A stretch of 64,000 bases of DNA from Candidatus Woesebacteria bacterium RIFCSPHIGHO2_01_FULL_39_32 (GTDB taxonomy: Bacteria > Patescibacteriota > Microgenomatia > UBA8517): the NCBI GenBank assembly GCA_001792345.1, contig MGGJ01000013.1:85371-149370 (forward strand). The letters are read 5' to 3'. The translations under genes were made by a program, and so were the position numbers. The notes under the pieces are model-generated. The model ran no database searches and was not told the origin of the DNA. It was given only the letters and a program-made list of their open reading frames with translations. Shown here one piece after another: positions 9,312-19,301 of this stretch (the first letter of the stretch is position 1; every line of letters begins with the position of its first letter).

Positions 9312-9947
9312 GTGATAAAGAAGCAACAAGAAATAAAAGCAATCATCTTTGATGTGGGTGGAGTAATTCTTGATCTTAATAAAAAGAAAACACTAAGAAT
9401 CCCAGAGTCAATATCTACAATATATGGCATTTCTATCGAGGAGGCTCGCAAAATCTGGGTCACTTATGATCGGAGAAGCCTACTGACTGGTGCTGAAACA
9501 CCCAAAACCTTTCTACGAAATATCTCACGAGCCATTGATACCAGTAAAACTCCAGAGACTCTTTACGAGGAATGGACTAAACTTAGTCTAAAAGAAGAGA
9601 ATTGTATTGATTGGAAGCTATTAGATTTTATCAAAAATTTAAGAGAGAAATACAAAATCTATGTTATGAGCAACGCAGTAAATATTGCCCAAGAAGACAA
9701 GTTAACACGGACGATTAAATCGATGTTTGACAAGTATTTTGTTTCCTATGAAGAGGGATTTAGAAAACCTGAGAAAGAGGCGTTTCTTAATGTTCTTAAA
9801 AAAATCGACTGCAATCCCGAAAATTGTATTTTCGTGGATGACACTTTAATAAACATCAATACAGCGAAAGAAATGAAAATCAACTCAATAATTTACAAGA
9901 GTCTGGAACAGCTTAAAAAAGATATTAAAGAAATAGTTGATAAATAA
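9312..9947 (+). CDS. HAD-superfamily hydrolase (subfamily IA-like)
   Basis: Motif I FDVGGV (DxG), followed by SNA and a DD motif (FVDDT). Confidence 0.7.
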   Translation: MIKKQQEIKAIIFDVGGVILDLNKKKTLRIPESISTIYGISIEEARKIWVTYDRRSLLTGAETPKTFLRNISRAIDTSKTPETLYEEWTKLSLKEENCIDWKLLDFIKNLREKYKIYVMSNAVNIAQEDKLTRTIKSMFDKYFVSYEEGFRKPEKEAFLNVLKKIDCNPENCIFVDDTLININTAKEMKINSIIYKSLEQLKKDIKEIVDK

Positions 9948-10174
9948 ATTTGATAAACAATTTCTTGGATAATGATATATTTTGATCTTAGAGAAAAAGT
10001 TATGACTTGTTATTAGTGGAATTAACTTATATAAATTTCATACTAAGGAGTGTGGTCTTATTTTTAAATTTAAACCCAAGCATGGAAAGTACTAAACAAG
10101 TTACTGTCTAAGAAGATAACAAACGAACCTTTTCCTCAAATAAATGCAGGCAACCAAACAGAAAAGTAATCACA

Positions 10175-10816
10175 TTACTCATCCTTGAATGCCTTTTGTG
10201 CACCTTTATATTCTTCTGGCGTATCAACATCCATCCATTTTGAATTAGGATTAACTTCTACAGTTCTAAATCTGGTTGTATTCGGTCCGACACCCCACCA
10301 TCTTATATTATCCAAGTCATCATAAATTTTTTTCAATCTTTCTTTATCAACAACTTCACATACTTCAGATCCAACCCCCTCTTCTTTAGAAAACTTGATA
10401 ATATAACCGTCTTTGATTACCAGTTTCATTGCCTCTGGATCAGTTGTTCGTAAATCTACCAAAGAAATACTTTCGCTTTTAAACGAATTAACTAATTTAG
10501 GAATTAAATCGTTACTTAAAAGCAGATCGGCATCTAGCATCACCGTATCTTCAAAGCCTATACGATCTAAGGCAACTTTTAGTGACCGTGCATTATCTGC
10601 TGTGTGATATAACGGATCATTTATTAAAACGACATCGGGAAGTTCCAAAAACTTTTCAGCTTTAAAACCAGTAACAACATATATCGGTTTTATTCCTGCA
10701 GATTTAAGTTGCCTAATAAGACGCCCAATAATAGTTTCTTCGTTTATTTTTAAAAGAGATTTGACTTTACCTTCAAACCTTGTCCCTTTACCTGCTGCTA
10801 AAATTATCGCTCTCAT
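10175..10816 (-). CDS. Sugar-phosphate/phospho-alcohol nucleotidyltransferase (LicC/MobA-like NTP-transferase fold)
   Basis: N-terminal MRAIILAAGKGTRF signature. ~213 aa with a C-terminal extension. Confidence 0.65.
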   Translation of the reverse strand: MRAIILAAGKGTRFEGKVKSLLKINEETIIGRLIRQLKSAGIKPIYVVTGFKAEKFLELPDVVLINDPLYHTADNARSLKVALDRIGFEDTVMLDADLLLSNDLIPKLVNSFKSESISLVDLRTTDPEAMKLVIKDGYIIKFSKEEGVGSEVCEVVDKERLKKIYDDLDNIRWWGVGPNTTRFRTVEVNPNSKWMDVDTPEEYKGAQKAFKDE

Positions 10817-12528
10817 TGTATTTGTTTATCAAAATTATCCTTGCTTGTTATTAATGTATTTATAGCTTCTTCAATATGCTCTGGAGTTATTAACGGTGAA
10901 GTAGGATATAACTTGATTGCAGATATTTTAATACCACTAGGTGTACTACAGTAACCTTTACTAAAAGAGTATTCCACACCCTGATTTTTATGAATTCGAT
11001 CCTTTTTGTCAAAACTAAAGAAATCTTCGTTATATTTATTTAAGTTTTCAATGAACTTTGCCATCTTGGGTGAATTATCCTCAAGTTGTTTATTAACCAA
11101 ACTTGATCCTTGCAAAGATATTGGTATCAATTGAAGCATAGTAACAAAGCCCAAAGAATCTGTGTTTACTATATTAAAATTAGCATCACTATGAGCAAGA
11201 ACTCTAGTTAATCTGGCCATTTGAACTAAATTAGCCAAATGTGCCTGAAGGCCCTTAACTCCTAAAGTAAAAATAGTTGTCAATCCAGCCAAAGCGGCAC
11301 CCCCAGGTCTTGAGGTTTCTAGTGTATAACTAACGGGATTTATATGGCTGAATTCCTGAGCCAGTTGATGAAGATTGCTCCCATCTTCATTTTGTTGAAG
11401 TAAAGTGGCAAAACTATCACTATTATTCATAATAACCATACTACAGGGAATGGGACTAGAACCAATTCCTTTATGAAAATCTACACCCCATGAATCAGCC
11501 ATTGCTATTGCTGCAGCTTTTTTAGCCTGAATATTAAGTATCTTTAATGTATTAGACTCAATATCAAGTTCATTTCTGTCAAAATCGTAATCCCTAAATA
11601 CCAAGAATGACCAACCTATCACAGAGTCGACATGTACATGGGGAACATATCTTAATTCGTATTTCTTTACCAATTTATTCCTCATCTCTACAAACTTGTT
11701 GATGTTGTCAATAGCATTATCATATGTAGTTCCACCATTAACAATAATTGCTGGTACCAAAAAATCATTTTCTATCGCCGATTTAATTTCATTCTCTGCT
11801 CTAGATATATTTGTTGTCCTATCTCTGTTTGCTTGCATAACAATGGCATTTTCCTCGCCAATTCCCAACCAGTTGAGACTTGTCATGTGTGAGAAATGAG
11901 AATCCTCTGTAATCGCAATTTTTATTTTCCCTCTTAATCCCAGTTTTTTTGATTGTGGTACTGCCTTTGTTATTGCTACCTTAATAGCATATAAATTCGT
12001 CCCTGTCCCACCAAATGTAAATATACCCGCAGATTTATCAGGGTCGACTCCCGCCAAAAGTGATAAAATCCTACAAACAACTTTCTCAGCTGCTAGAGCA
12101 TTACCAGCAAGACCGTCATTTATGTTATATACGTTAACTTCTTGGGATATTGCATACAATACATTGGAAGCTATATTAGTAGCAGAACCAACATTATACT
12201 GAAGCAATGGACTTTTCCAAATCGGTGCGCCAGCTAAAAAATCTTTTGCTAGATTTAAAATTAACTTTTCATCTTTGACTGTTTCATTGGGGAGTTGACT
12301 ATATTTAGATAGCAAGGATGCATATACTTCCTTATTTGAATTTCCACGGACCCTAGCTCTGTTTAGACTGTTCGTTAAATCTAAATTATCAAATATCCGT
12401 CTATATAGTTCTATAAAAAGTTTAGTATCCTTAACAGGAAACCATCTGTACAGTTCATGAACATAGTTATTCTGTTTTTTTAACTTTTTTATCTCTACCT
12501 TAGTCGCTTTGGATAAAATCCTAGTCAT
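10813..12528 (-). CDS. Group II pyridoxal-phosphate-dependent decarboxylase
   Basis: HVHVDSVIGW (HVDAAxGG-like) and PLP-lysine motif SWGVDFHKGIGSSPIPCS (S-x-D-x-HK...P..C). 4-nt overlap with the upstream cytidylyltransferase gene. Confidence 0.75.
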   Translation of the reverse strand: MTRILSKATKVEIKKLKKQNNYVHELYRWFPVKDTKLFIELYRRIFDNLDLTNSLNRARVRGNSNKEVYASLLSKYSQLPNETVKDEKLILNLAKDFLAGAPIWKSPLLQYNVGSATNIASNVLYAISQEVNVYNINDGLAGNALAAEKVVCRILSLLAGVDPDKSAGIFTFGGTGTNLYAIKVAITKAVPQSKKLGLRGKIKIAITEDSHFSHMTSLNWLGIGEENAIVMQANRDRTTNISRAENEIKSAIENDFLVPAIIVNGGTTYDNAIDNINKFVEMRNKLVKKYELRYVPHVHVDSVIGWSFLVFRDYDFDRNELDIESNTLKILNIQAKKAAAIAMADSWGVDFHKGIGSSPIPCSMVIMNNSDSFATLLQQNEDGSNLHQLAQEFSHINPVSYTLETSRPGGAALAGLTTIFTLGVKGLQAHLANLVQMARLTRVLAHSDANFNIVNTDSLGFVTMLQLIPISLQGSSLVNKQLEDNSPKMAKFIENLNKYNEDFFSFDKKDRIHKNQGVEYSFSKGYCSTPSGIKISAIKLYPTSPLITPEHIEEAINTLITSKDNFDKQIQ

Positions 12529-12551
12529 GAATTGTAGTATACTATTTTAGT

Positions 12552-13796
12552 ATGAAATTGGCATTTTTAGCTTATAATAGAGATCCTTCAATACCCGAAG
12601 TTGATAATGATGGTAACCCTGTAATTGTTAGAAATTATAGTTATTGGTTAGCTAAATACGGACACACAATTGATATTTTTGTAAATAAAGTAATTCCTAA
12701 CAATCTTAGCAACGAATATACTAGAAAAAAATATAATTTACAGAAAAAATCCCGATTAGAGCTTTTTCCTGGAGTTAAGGTGGTAAGAATAAAAACATCA
12801 GATTTAACTGCTAAAGAATTATTCAAGACCGTCGAGTTGCAGGAAATTCCAGAAATAACACAATCTGTTCTTTCTGCATCCTACTTTAAAACAACACTTC
12901 TATCTGATTACGATCTGGTCTGTATTTTCCACCCATTAACTGCTTTTGGAGTTATCTTTCGGGACCTGCTTCCCTTAAACAAAACTTTATTGTTCCCAAT
13001 GTTGCTAAGCGATGAGTATTTGAAATTTGGAAGTGTATCTCCTATTTACATCGATCTAGAACAAATGGTTTTAGAAAGCGTAAATAAAATATATAGTACA
13101 TCAAATGATGAAAAGAAAGTATTAGTCTCCAGAAACATACCACAAGAAAAAATTGAAGTAATTCGTAGAGGAATTGATATAAATACATTTCCCTATAAAC
13201 AAAAGGAATCCATAAGAGTTCGCAATGAAATTAATATAGTTACTGTCGGTTCTCTTCGTCCCCAAAAACGTCAGCATATTTTAGTAGAAGTTATTGAGAA
13301 TTTATTATCGAGAGGGCTTAAGGCAAAACTGCAAATTGTTGGTGAGAACAAATTTTTTACTAAAAAAGAGTATGAAGATTATTTCAACAGTATTAAGTCA
13401 GCAATTCTAAAAAAAGATTTGGAAGACTATATTGTTTTCGTTGGTGGAGTTGAACCTGATCAAGTAGGAGAGTTGCTAAATTCTGCAGACCTTGCAATAT
13501 TTCCTTCAATTTCAGAATCATTTGGCAAAGCTGCTTTGGAATCTATTTGTTCCGGAACACCTACCATAATTGCTAGTGAGTGCTCAGCTTATAAGGAATT
13601 TGCCCTTGATCAAGAAAATGCTATTTTCTCTTCAAGTAATTCAAAGGATATTACTAAAGCTGTATTAAATTTAATAAATAACGAAGAACGGTATCTTCAC
13701 TTATCTAAAAACGGATTAAAAACAAGGAAAGAATTTTCGTGGCAAAATGTATCAAAGATCCTTGAGACCTCACTTTTGAGATCGACCACATCCTAG
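12552..13796 (+). CDS. Glycosyltransferase family 4 (GT-B, group 1)
   Basis: C-terminal GT4 signature FPSISESFGKAALESICSGTPTIAS with an EX7E-like region. Confidence 0.8.
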   Translation: MKLAFLAYNRDPSIPEVDNDGNPVIVRNYSYWLAKYGHTIDIFVNKVIPNNLSNEYTRKKYNLQKKSRLELFPGVKVVRIKTSDLTAKELFKTVELQEIPEITQSVLSASYFKTTLLSDYDLVCIFHPLTAFGVIFRDLLPLNKTLLFPMLLSDEYLKFGSVSPIYIDLEQMVLESVNKIYSTSNDEKKVLVSRNIPQEKIEVIRRGIDINTFPYKQKESIRVRNEINIVTVGSLRPQKRQHILVEVIENLLSRGLKAKLQIVGENKFFTKKEYEDYFNSIKSAILKKDLEDYIVFVGGVEPDQVGELLNSADLAIFPSISESFGKAALESICSGTPTIIASECSAYKEFALDQENAIFSSSNSKDITKAVLNLINNEERYLHLSKNGLKTRKEFSWQNVSKILETSLLRSTTS

Positions 13797-13900
13797 CAAC
13801 TTCGTAAATCGTTGCCCTCAAATCTCAATCTTATAAATTGCAATAAAACAGCTGTTAGGGAATAAATATTTTTGTTGACACTTTTTTCAAAATACTTTAT

Positions 13901-15538
13901 TTATTCATATTTTGCGTATAGGGGCTTAGGTTTTTTAAGTTTAACCTTATCTACAGTCTCAGATAATAAATTTTTAATATCTTTAGTTTTCCACAATTCG
14001 TTATTTTCAAGACCATTTACTAGTAAATATTCCGAACTAGCATTTGGAGTAATCGGTTCCATTAACATCGCAATTGCATATGTTAATACAAACAAGTCGG
14101 CTCCTACTTTTTTGAATTTTTCTTCATCGTTTTTCTTTAATATCCATGGTTTTTTGTCATTGAAATATTCATTAGCAAAATTGGATAATTCCAATATTTC
14201 ATTTACATAATCCTTAAACTTTGACCCCCTAATATCTTGCTTAGATTTTTCAACCGCTGTATTTATTCTCTCTGTAATCTCATTAGTCAAATTAGATCTT
14301 TTAAGTTTAACTCCTGCATAGATATGAAGTGTTCTGTTAATGTAATTTCCTATGTGTCCTACTAACAGATCGTTGTTTTTTCGCAAAAAATCCTCCATAG
14401 TAAAGCTAGAATCAGAGTTCTCCGGCATAATAGTTGTCAAGGCAAAACGAAGTGCATCAGAACTGTACTTTTTAATAAAGCCAGCTGTATCAATCACAAC
14501 CCCCCTACTCTTTGAAAACTTCTTACCGTCTAAGTTTAAAAACTGATTAACTGCAGGTTGATCTGGCAACTTCAGCTTTAGATCATAGGTCATTAATTGA
14601 CCTGGCCAAAATATTGTATGGAAAACCAAGTTATCTTTGCCCATGAAGTAGTAGTGTTTTAAGTTACGTCCAATCCAAAAATTCTCCCAGTTTTTGTTAT
14701 TTTTATCTGCCCATTCAACTGAAGCTGAATAGTAACCTATAACGGCATCGAACCAAACATATATTCGCTTACTTTCACTGTTGGGTAACTCTTTGGCTAT
14801 TTTTTTCGGAATCGGAACTCCCCAATCCAGATCGCGAGTCACTGCTCTTGGCTTAAGCCCTTCATCTAGCCAATTCTTTGTTTGTCCTAAAACCCAGTTT
14901 CTCCAGTTAATCGAGTTCTCATTAACATACCTCTCAATATCTTTTTGTAACTTATCCCAACAAATATACAGGTGGTCAGTACCTCTCAAAACAACCTTTT
15001 TCCCATCTAATTTGCTAGTTGGTTTTTTCAAATCTTGATTCAGTAATTTCCCGCAGTTATCGCACTGATCGCTTCTCGCACCATCAAAACCACAGTAAGG
15101 ACAAGTCCCTTCTACATATCTGTCTGGAAGAAACTTGTTTTCACTTTCTGAATAGTATTGTTCTTGCTTCTGAATATCAATTAACCCTTTTTCCCAGAAT
15201 GCTAATAAGAACTCTTGAGTAATCTTTTTATGATTTTCAGTGTTAGTCTTAGTGTATAAATCAAATGTTAATCCAAGATTTTTGAACAATTTTACGTTTT
15301 TTGGATGATATTCATTTACTATGTCATCTGGTTTAACTTTCTTCTTATCAGCCTCAACCGTGATAGGTGTGCCAAAACAATCGGATCCTGAAACCATTAA
15401 AACTTTATGTCCCATTAACCGATAGGCTCTAGCTGTAATGTCAGCTGGAAGCAGATAGCCTGCAACGTGCCCAATATGCAAATTTCCATTAACATAAGGC
15501 CAAGCAACTCCAATAAATATTTTAGTCTTAACATTCAT
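13901..15538 (-). CDS. metG: Methionyl-tRNA synthetase, short form without a C-terminal tRNA-binding domain
   Basis: HIGH (LHIGHVAGY), a zinc knuckle CPYCG...CDNCG and KMSKS (KFSKSRG). Confidence 0.9.
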   Translation of the reverse strand: MNVKTKIFIGVAWPYVNGNLHIGHVAGYLLPADITARAYRLMGHKVLMVSGSDCFGTPITVEADKKKVKPDDIVNEYHPKNVKLFKNLGLTFDLYTKTNTENHKKITQEFLLAFWEKGLIDIQKQEQYYSESENKFLPDRYVEGTCPYCGFDGARSDQCDNCGKLLNQDLKKPTSKLDGKKVVLRGTDHLYICWDKLQKDIERYVNENSINWRNWVLGQTKNWLDEGLKPRAVTRDLDWGVPIPKKIAKELPNSESKRIYVWFDAVIGYYSASVEWADKNNKNWENFWIGRNLKHYYFMGKDNLVFHTIFWPGQLMTYDLKLKLPDQPAVNQFLNLDGKKFSKSRGVVIDTAGFIKKYSSDALRFALTTIMPENSDSSFTMEDFLRKNNDLLVGHIGNYINRTLHIYAGVKLKRSNLTNEITERINTAVEKSKQDIRGSKFKDYVNEILELSNFANEYFNDKKPWILKKNDEEKFKKVGADLFVLTYAIAMLMEPITPNASSEYLLVNGLENNELWKTKDIKNLLSETVDKVKLKKPKPLYAKYE

Positions 15539-15804
15539 GAGTGCTATTTTACATTATTTACACATGTGTTGAAACTTGCGATCTCAAAATTCTCCCTTTC
15601 TCATCTCTCTCCAAAATCAATCTAGATATTTTTGGTGGTGGCATTTTAACTGTGAATTGGAATGGAATTACTTTCTCCTCTGAAGATATTGGTTCTGGCT
15701 CTAACTGATTGTTTGAGCCTGAAGTTGGAGTTCCGCCCTGTGAGTTCCGACAGAAAGTGACATATTGAAGCAATTTTACACCCCGTAATGATTAACTCAA
15801 AATA

Positions 15805-16353
15805 TTATTCCTCCACAATAAGCATTCCGACTTGGCCGTTAGCACGATGTTGTACAACCGAGCAGTAATATTCAAATTCCCCCACTTGATCGGCAACAAA
15901 ATCTATAGTTGTTGTTTCTCCTGCTTTGATTACTGGTCCGTCTACTCCAAGCTCGTCAATATTAAAGTCGTGCATCATATCATTTGCTGTTAATACAATT
16001 CTTATGGTGTCACCAATTTTTACTCTTATTTCTTCGGGATTGTAATAAAAACTACCCGCCTCAACGTCGATTACTATTGGTTCCGCAACTTCGCTCTCTG
16101 TCGTATTTTCTGCTACGGAAAAATCAGAAAGTTCGTCTACTACTTCTTGGCTCTCAGTCTGCGCAGGTAACGTTGAAGGTGTAGGTCTATTTCCAGCTCT
16201 TAATAATATACCTCCCCCTAAAACAACTAGGGCTAAAATCACTCCTCCAACTAGCAAAAAGTTTGTTGATTTTTTTGGTACGCTATGCTGTATTTCTTCA
16301 ATTGAAGTTTTTTGTTCTTCCATTTCTCTCACCACCTTCCAAACATAAAACAA
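15805..16353 (-). CDS. Membrane-anchored cupredoxin-like (type-1 copper, Cupredoxin_1-like) protein
   Basis: N-terminal TM. C-terminal beta-sandwich with candidate Cu ligands H (MMHDFN), C (YYCSV), H (QHRANG) and M (VGML). Confidence 0.55.
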   Translation of the reverse strand: MFYVWKVVREMEEQKTSIEEIQHSVPKKSTNFLLVGGVILALVVLGGGILLRAGNRPTPSTLPAQTESQEVVDELSDFSVAENTTESEVAEPIVIDVEAGSFYYNPEEIRVKIGDTIRIVLTANDMMHDFNIDELGVDGPVIKAGETTTIDFVADQVGEFEYYCSVVQHRANGQVGMLIVEE

Positions 16354-16392
16354 AAAGTATAAATTTTAATTTTAAGAAAAAGCTGAAAAAAA

Positions 16393-17556
16393 TTAAAGTT
16401 TCTCAGGGTTTACACGGATAACTTTATCGTCATCTGATTCGGGATCTCCCCTACCATCACGGTTACTCGTTGTTATATAAAGCATGTTGTCAGGTCCTGC
16501 AATAACTTCTCTTAACCTCCCAAATTCTCCTTTAAAAAAAGTTTCCAATTCGGCGGAATTTCCTGATAGCGTAACCCTATATAATGCTTGTCCCCGAAGA
16601 CCTCCGAAGTAAAACTTTCCATTTATATATGCAAGTCCCGCTGGCGCCCAAGTATCCGATCGGCCCGATTCTATAATCGGTGTCACCATACCTTCCCTCG
16701 TTTCTTTTCCACGAATTTCCGGCCAGCCGTAATTTTTACCAATCTCAATTCTATTAAACTCATCATTTCCTGTTTCCAATCCTGATGGGCCGTGCTCTGT
16801 TTCCCAGAGAGTTCCATTTGCGTCCCAACTTATTCCTTGTGGGTTCCTGTGGCCGTAGGAATAAACTCTATTTCGAAACGGATTTCCTGCTGCAGGATTA
16901 CCTTCGTAGGTTACTCTAAGAATTTTTCCCGACAAAGAATCAGTGTCCTGCGCGTTAGAAGGGTTTTGTGCATCTCCGGTTGTGATATAAAGCATTTTAT
17001 CCGGACCGAATTTAATCCTTCCACCGTCGTGGTTTGCTGCCCCGGGTATAGCATTAACAATTACTTTCTCGTCGCTTAATTTCTGGTTTCTATACGTCAT
17101 TCGCACTACCTTATTTAACGTATTACCACCTGATTCCGAATAAGTGTAATAAAGATAGACGAAGTAATTAGAGGGAAAATCTGGATGAAGCGCAATTCCC
17201 TGCAAACCGCCCTCTCCAATTTCTTTAACACATTCAATTTCTGCAATCGGATTTGGCAGTAGGTCGCCGCTTGAATTGATTAATCGAACAGTCCCTTTCC
17301 TTTCTGTTATTAGCACTCCCCCATCTGGTAAAAATGCTATTGCCCAGGGTGTATCGAGGCCTGTTGCAATGACAGTAGTCTTGGGAATGTTCTCAGTGTT
17401 CACGTTATCTGAAGAATCTTGAGAATTATTGTTCAAAAAAGGAATCGAAGTTTTATTTTCTTGATCTTGCCCCGAAGACTTATTAGAAGTCCTCGCATAA
17501 AAAACACCTACTGCAACTAATATTAAAGCTAAGATTATTAAAGTGACTTTATTCAC
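16393..17556 (-). CDS. PQQ-dependent soluble aldose/sorbosone dehydrogenase family beta-propeller (YliI/GSDH-like)
   Basis: N-terminal TM or signal. Motifs TGLDTPWAIAFLPDGGVLITERKG, HGPSG..GNDEFN and GWP. Confidence 0.75.
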   Translation of the reverse strand: MNKVTLIILALILVAVGVFYARTSNKSSGQDQENKTSIPFLNNNSQDSSDNVNTENIPKTTVIATGLDTPWAIAFLPDGGVLITERKGTVRLINSSGDLLPNPIAEIECVKEIGEGGLQGIALHPDFPSNYFVYLYYTYSESGGNTLNKVVRMTYRNQKLSDEKVIVNAIPGAANHDGGRIKFGPDKMLYITTGDAQNPSNAQDTDSLSGKILRVTYEGNPAAGNPFRNRVYSYGHRNPQGISWDANGTLWETEHGPSGLETGNDEFNRIEIGKNYGWPEIRGKETREGMVTPIIESGRSDTWAPAGLAYINGKFYFGGLRGQALYRVTLSGNSAELETFFKGEFGRLREVIAGPDNMLYITTSNRDGRGDPESDDDKVIRVNPEKL

Positions 17557-17735
17557 AGAAAATTATTTTACCACAAGATTATTTTTTTTAGCAGCTCATC
17601 TAAATAATCTTTAACTGTTTTTGCTTTACTCGGCATGTCTCTATTTTCTATTTTACCATTACAAACTCGCTGTTTAGACTTAAACACTAATAAGTTGGAA
17701 TTGCTAATGTATAATATAAAGGCCGCATAATTTTT

Positions 17736-19214
17736 ATGCAATTAACAGAAAATGGCAAGGTCTATGCATTAATCCTCCTCGCTTCTGCTATCTTTTCAAT
17801 TTTTACAATCGCTTTCGGCTTTTTCCCATACCTGGGGGCTTCAATTTCGTTTATCGCATTTACTCTGCTTGCCTACTATATCAAAAAAGACAAAACACGA
17901 CTCACAAAGATATTTTTTGCAATCACATTAATTTTATCGGTTTTCTTGTCAATTCGAAGTGAGGGATTTCTCACCCTACTAAATATAGTAGGAATTTTTT
18001 ACTTCGGTTCACTTTTTACATTGACATTGAAGGGTAACAAAACAGAAAGCACTTTTTCAATAATTTTTGCACCATTTACCCTTTTCTTAAAAAGTCTTTT
18101 TACCACAAAGGAGTATTCTCTGGAATTTAATGATTCATTAACCGAAGAAAAAAAGAAGGAAAACACCCTAAATACGATTGCTATAACCTTGGTAACTATA
18201 ATTGCCCTAGCAATCATACTTCCCCTACTGGCATCCGCAAATCCTTATTTCGAAAAACTATTATCGGATCTTGTAGATTTACTAGGAATAAGGAACTTTA
18301 AAATAACCGAGAATTTATTTGAATGGACTCTTAGACTAATCTTCTTTATTGTACTAGTACTTTTTGTTCCCAAAATGGCTACTTTGATGAATAAGAATGA
18401 GGCTTCAAAACTTCGCCCTCAAGAAGGGTTAAATATGTTAATTCCCAAAATTGCAGTTGCAGTTGTATTAATAATCTTTTTTATAACACAGTTGCAATTG
18501 TATTTTTCATCGCCAGAAACTTTAGAAAGCTTGGGGTATACTTACTCGCAATATACCAATGAGGTTTTTGCACAACTCTCTGCCGTAGCCGTAATAGTTC
18601 TAGCTCTCCTTTATTTCGAAAAGGAAAACAAAAAGGCCAACATAAATATGGCTTTAGTTCTCGCTTTCCAGGGAATCTTTCTAACGTTAATGGCCTATAA
18701 AAGCGTTTATGAATATAGTAATGCATGGGGTTTTACTTATAAAAGACTATATGGTTTTACGGTCGCAACTTGGATTTTGGGAGTATTTACTATTTATTTA
18801 TACGCGTTTCTCAAAAATCTTAAAAGGGAAGGCTTTATTTTCTCATCAGTCATTTATACAGGGATAATTCTAATCTTAGTAAATCTTTCTAATTTCGATT
18901 ACATGATTTATCACTTCCGAAAAGCCAGCACAGGACAAGGAATCGACCATGGATATCTTACAAGACTCTCAAGCGACTCGCTTTCTTATAAAAATCAGTT
19001 ATCGGAGATAGCTAAAGACTCGCCCCAAATATTAACAGATTTAGATAAAAAGGAAGCTAACACAAAGGGTTTGTGGACTTTACTCTATAAAATCGAAAGA
19101 TTGCAAGAAAAATATAAAGATGCCGATATTCGGGGTTTTAATTTGTTTGAATACCTGCAATATAAGGATATTAAAGATATAGATACCCAAATATATCGCG
19201 ATAAATACAAATAA
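17736..19214 (+). CDS. Polytopic integral membrane protein of unknown function
   Basis: About 10 hydrophobic segments and a C-terminal charged soluble tail. No catalytic motif recognised. Confidence 0.5.
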   Translation: MQLTENGKVYALILLASAIFSIFTIAFGFFPYLGASISFIAFTLLAYYIKKDKTRLTKIFFAITLILSVFLSIRSEGFLTLLNIVGIFYFGSLFTLTLKGNKTESTFSIIFAPFTLFLKSLFTTKEYSLEFNDSLTEEKKKENTLNTIAITLVTIIALAIILPLLASANPYFEKLLSDLVDLLGIRNFKITENLFEWTLRLIFFIVLVLFVPKMATLMNKNEASKLRPQEGLNMLIPKIAVAVVLIIFFITQLQLYFSSPETLESLGYTYSQYTNEVFAQLSAVAVIVLALLYFEKENKKANINMALVLAFQGIFLTLMAYKSVYEYSNAWGFTYKRLYGFTVATWILGVFTIYLYAFLKNLKREGFIFSSVIYTGIILILVNLSNFDYMIYHFRKASTGQGIDHGYLTRLSSDSLSYKNQLSEIAKDSPQILTDLDKKEANTKGLWTLLYKIERLQEKYKDADIRGFNLFEYLQYKDIKDIDTQIYRDKYK

Positions 19215-19301
19215 ACTTCCCCCAGTTATCCTTGATCATTATTTCCAATGTGGTTTAAATCGCAATTCAAGTAGAAAAGTTTTTAAAATTTGAAATAGAT
19301 C
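19215..19301. terminator. Bidirectional terminator between convergent genes
   Basis: AAAGTTTTAAAATTTGAAATAGATCTTAAAACTTT is a 10-bp inverted repeat flanked by A/T runs. Confidence 0.45.

Noticed and set aside
13872-15222. Several plus-strand ORFs (64-112 aa) within metG
   Set aside because: They are antisense to MetRS, which has intact HIGH and KMSKS motifs.
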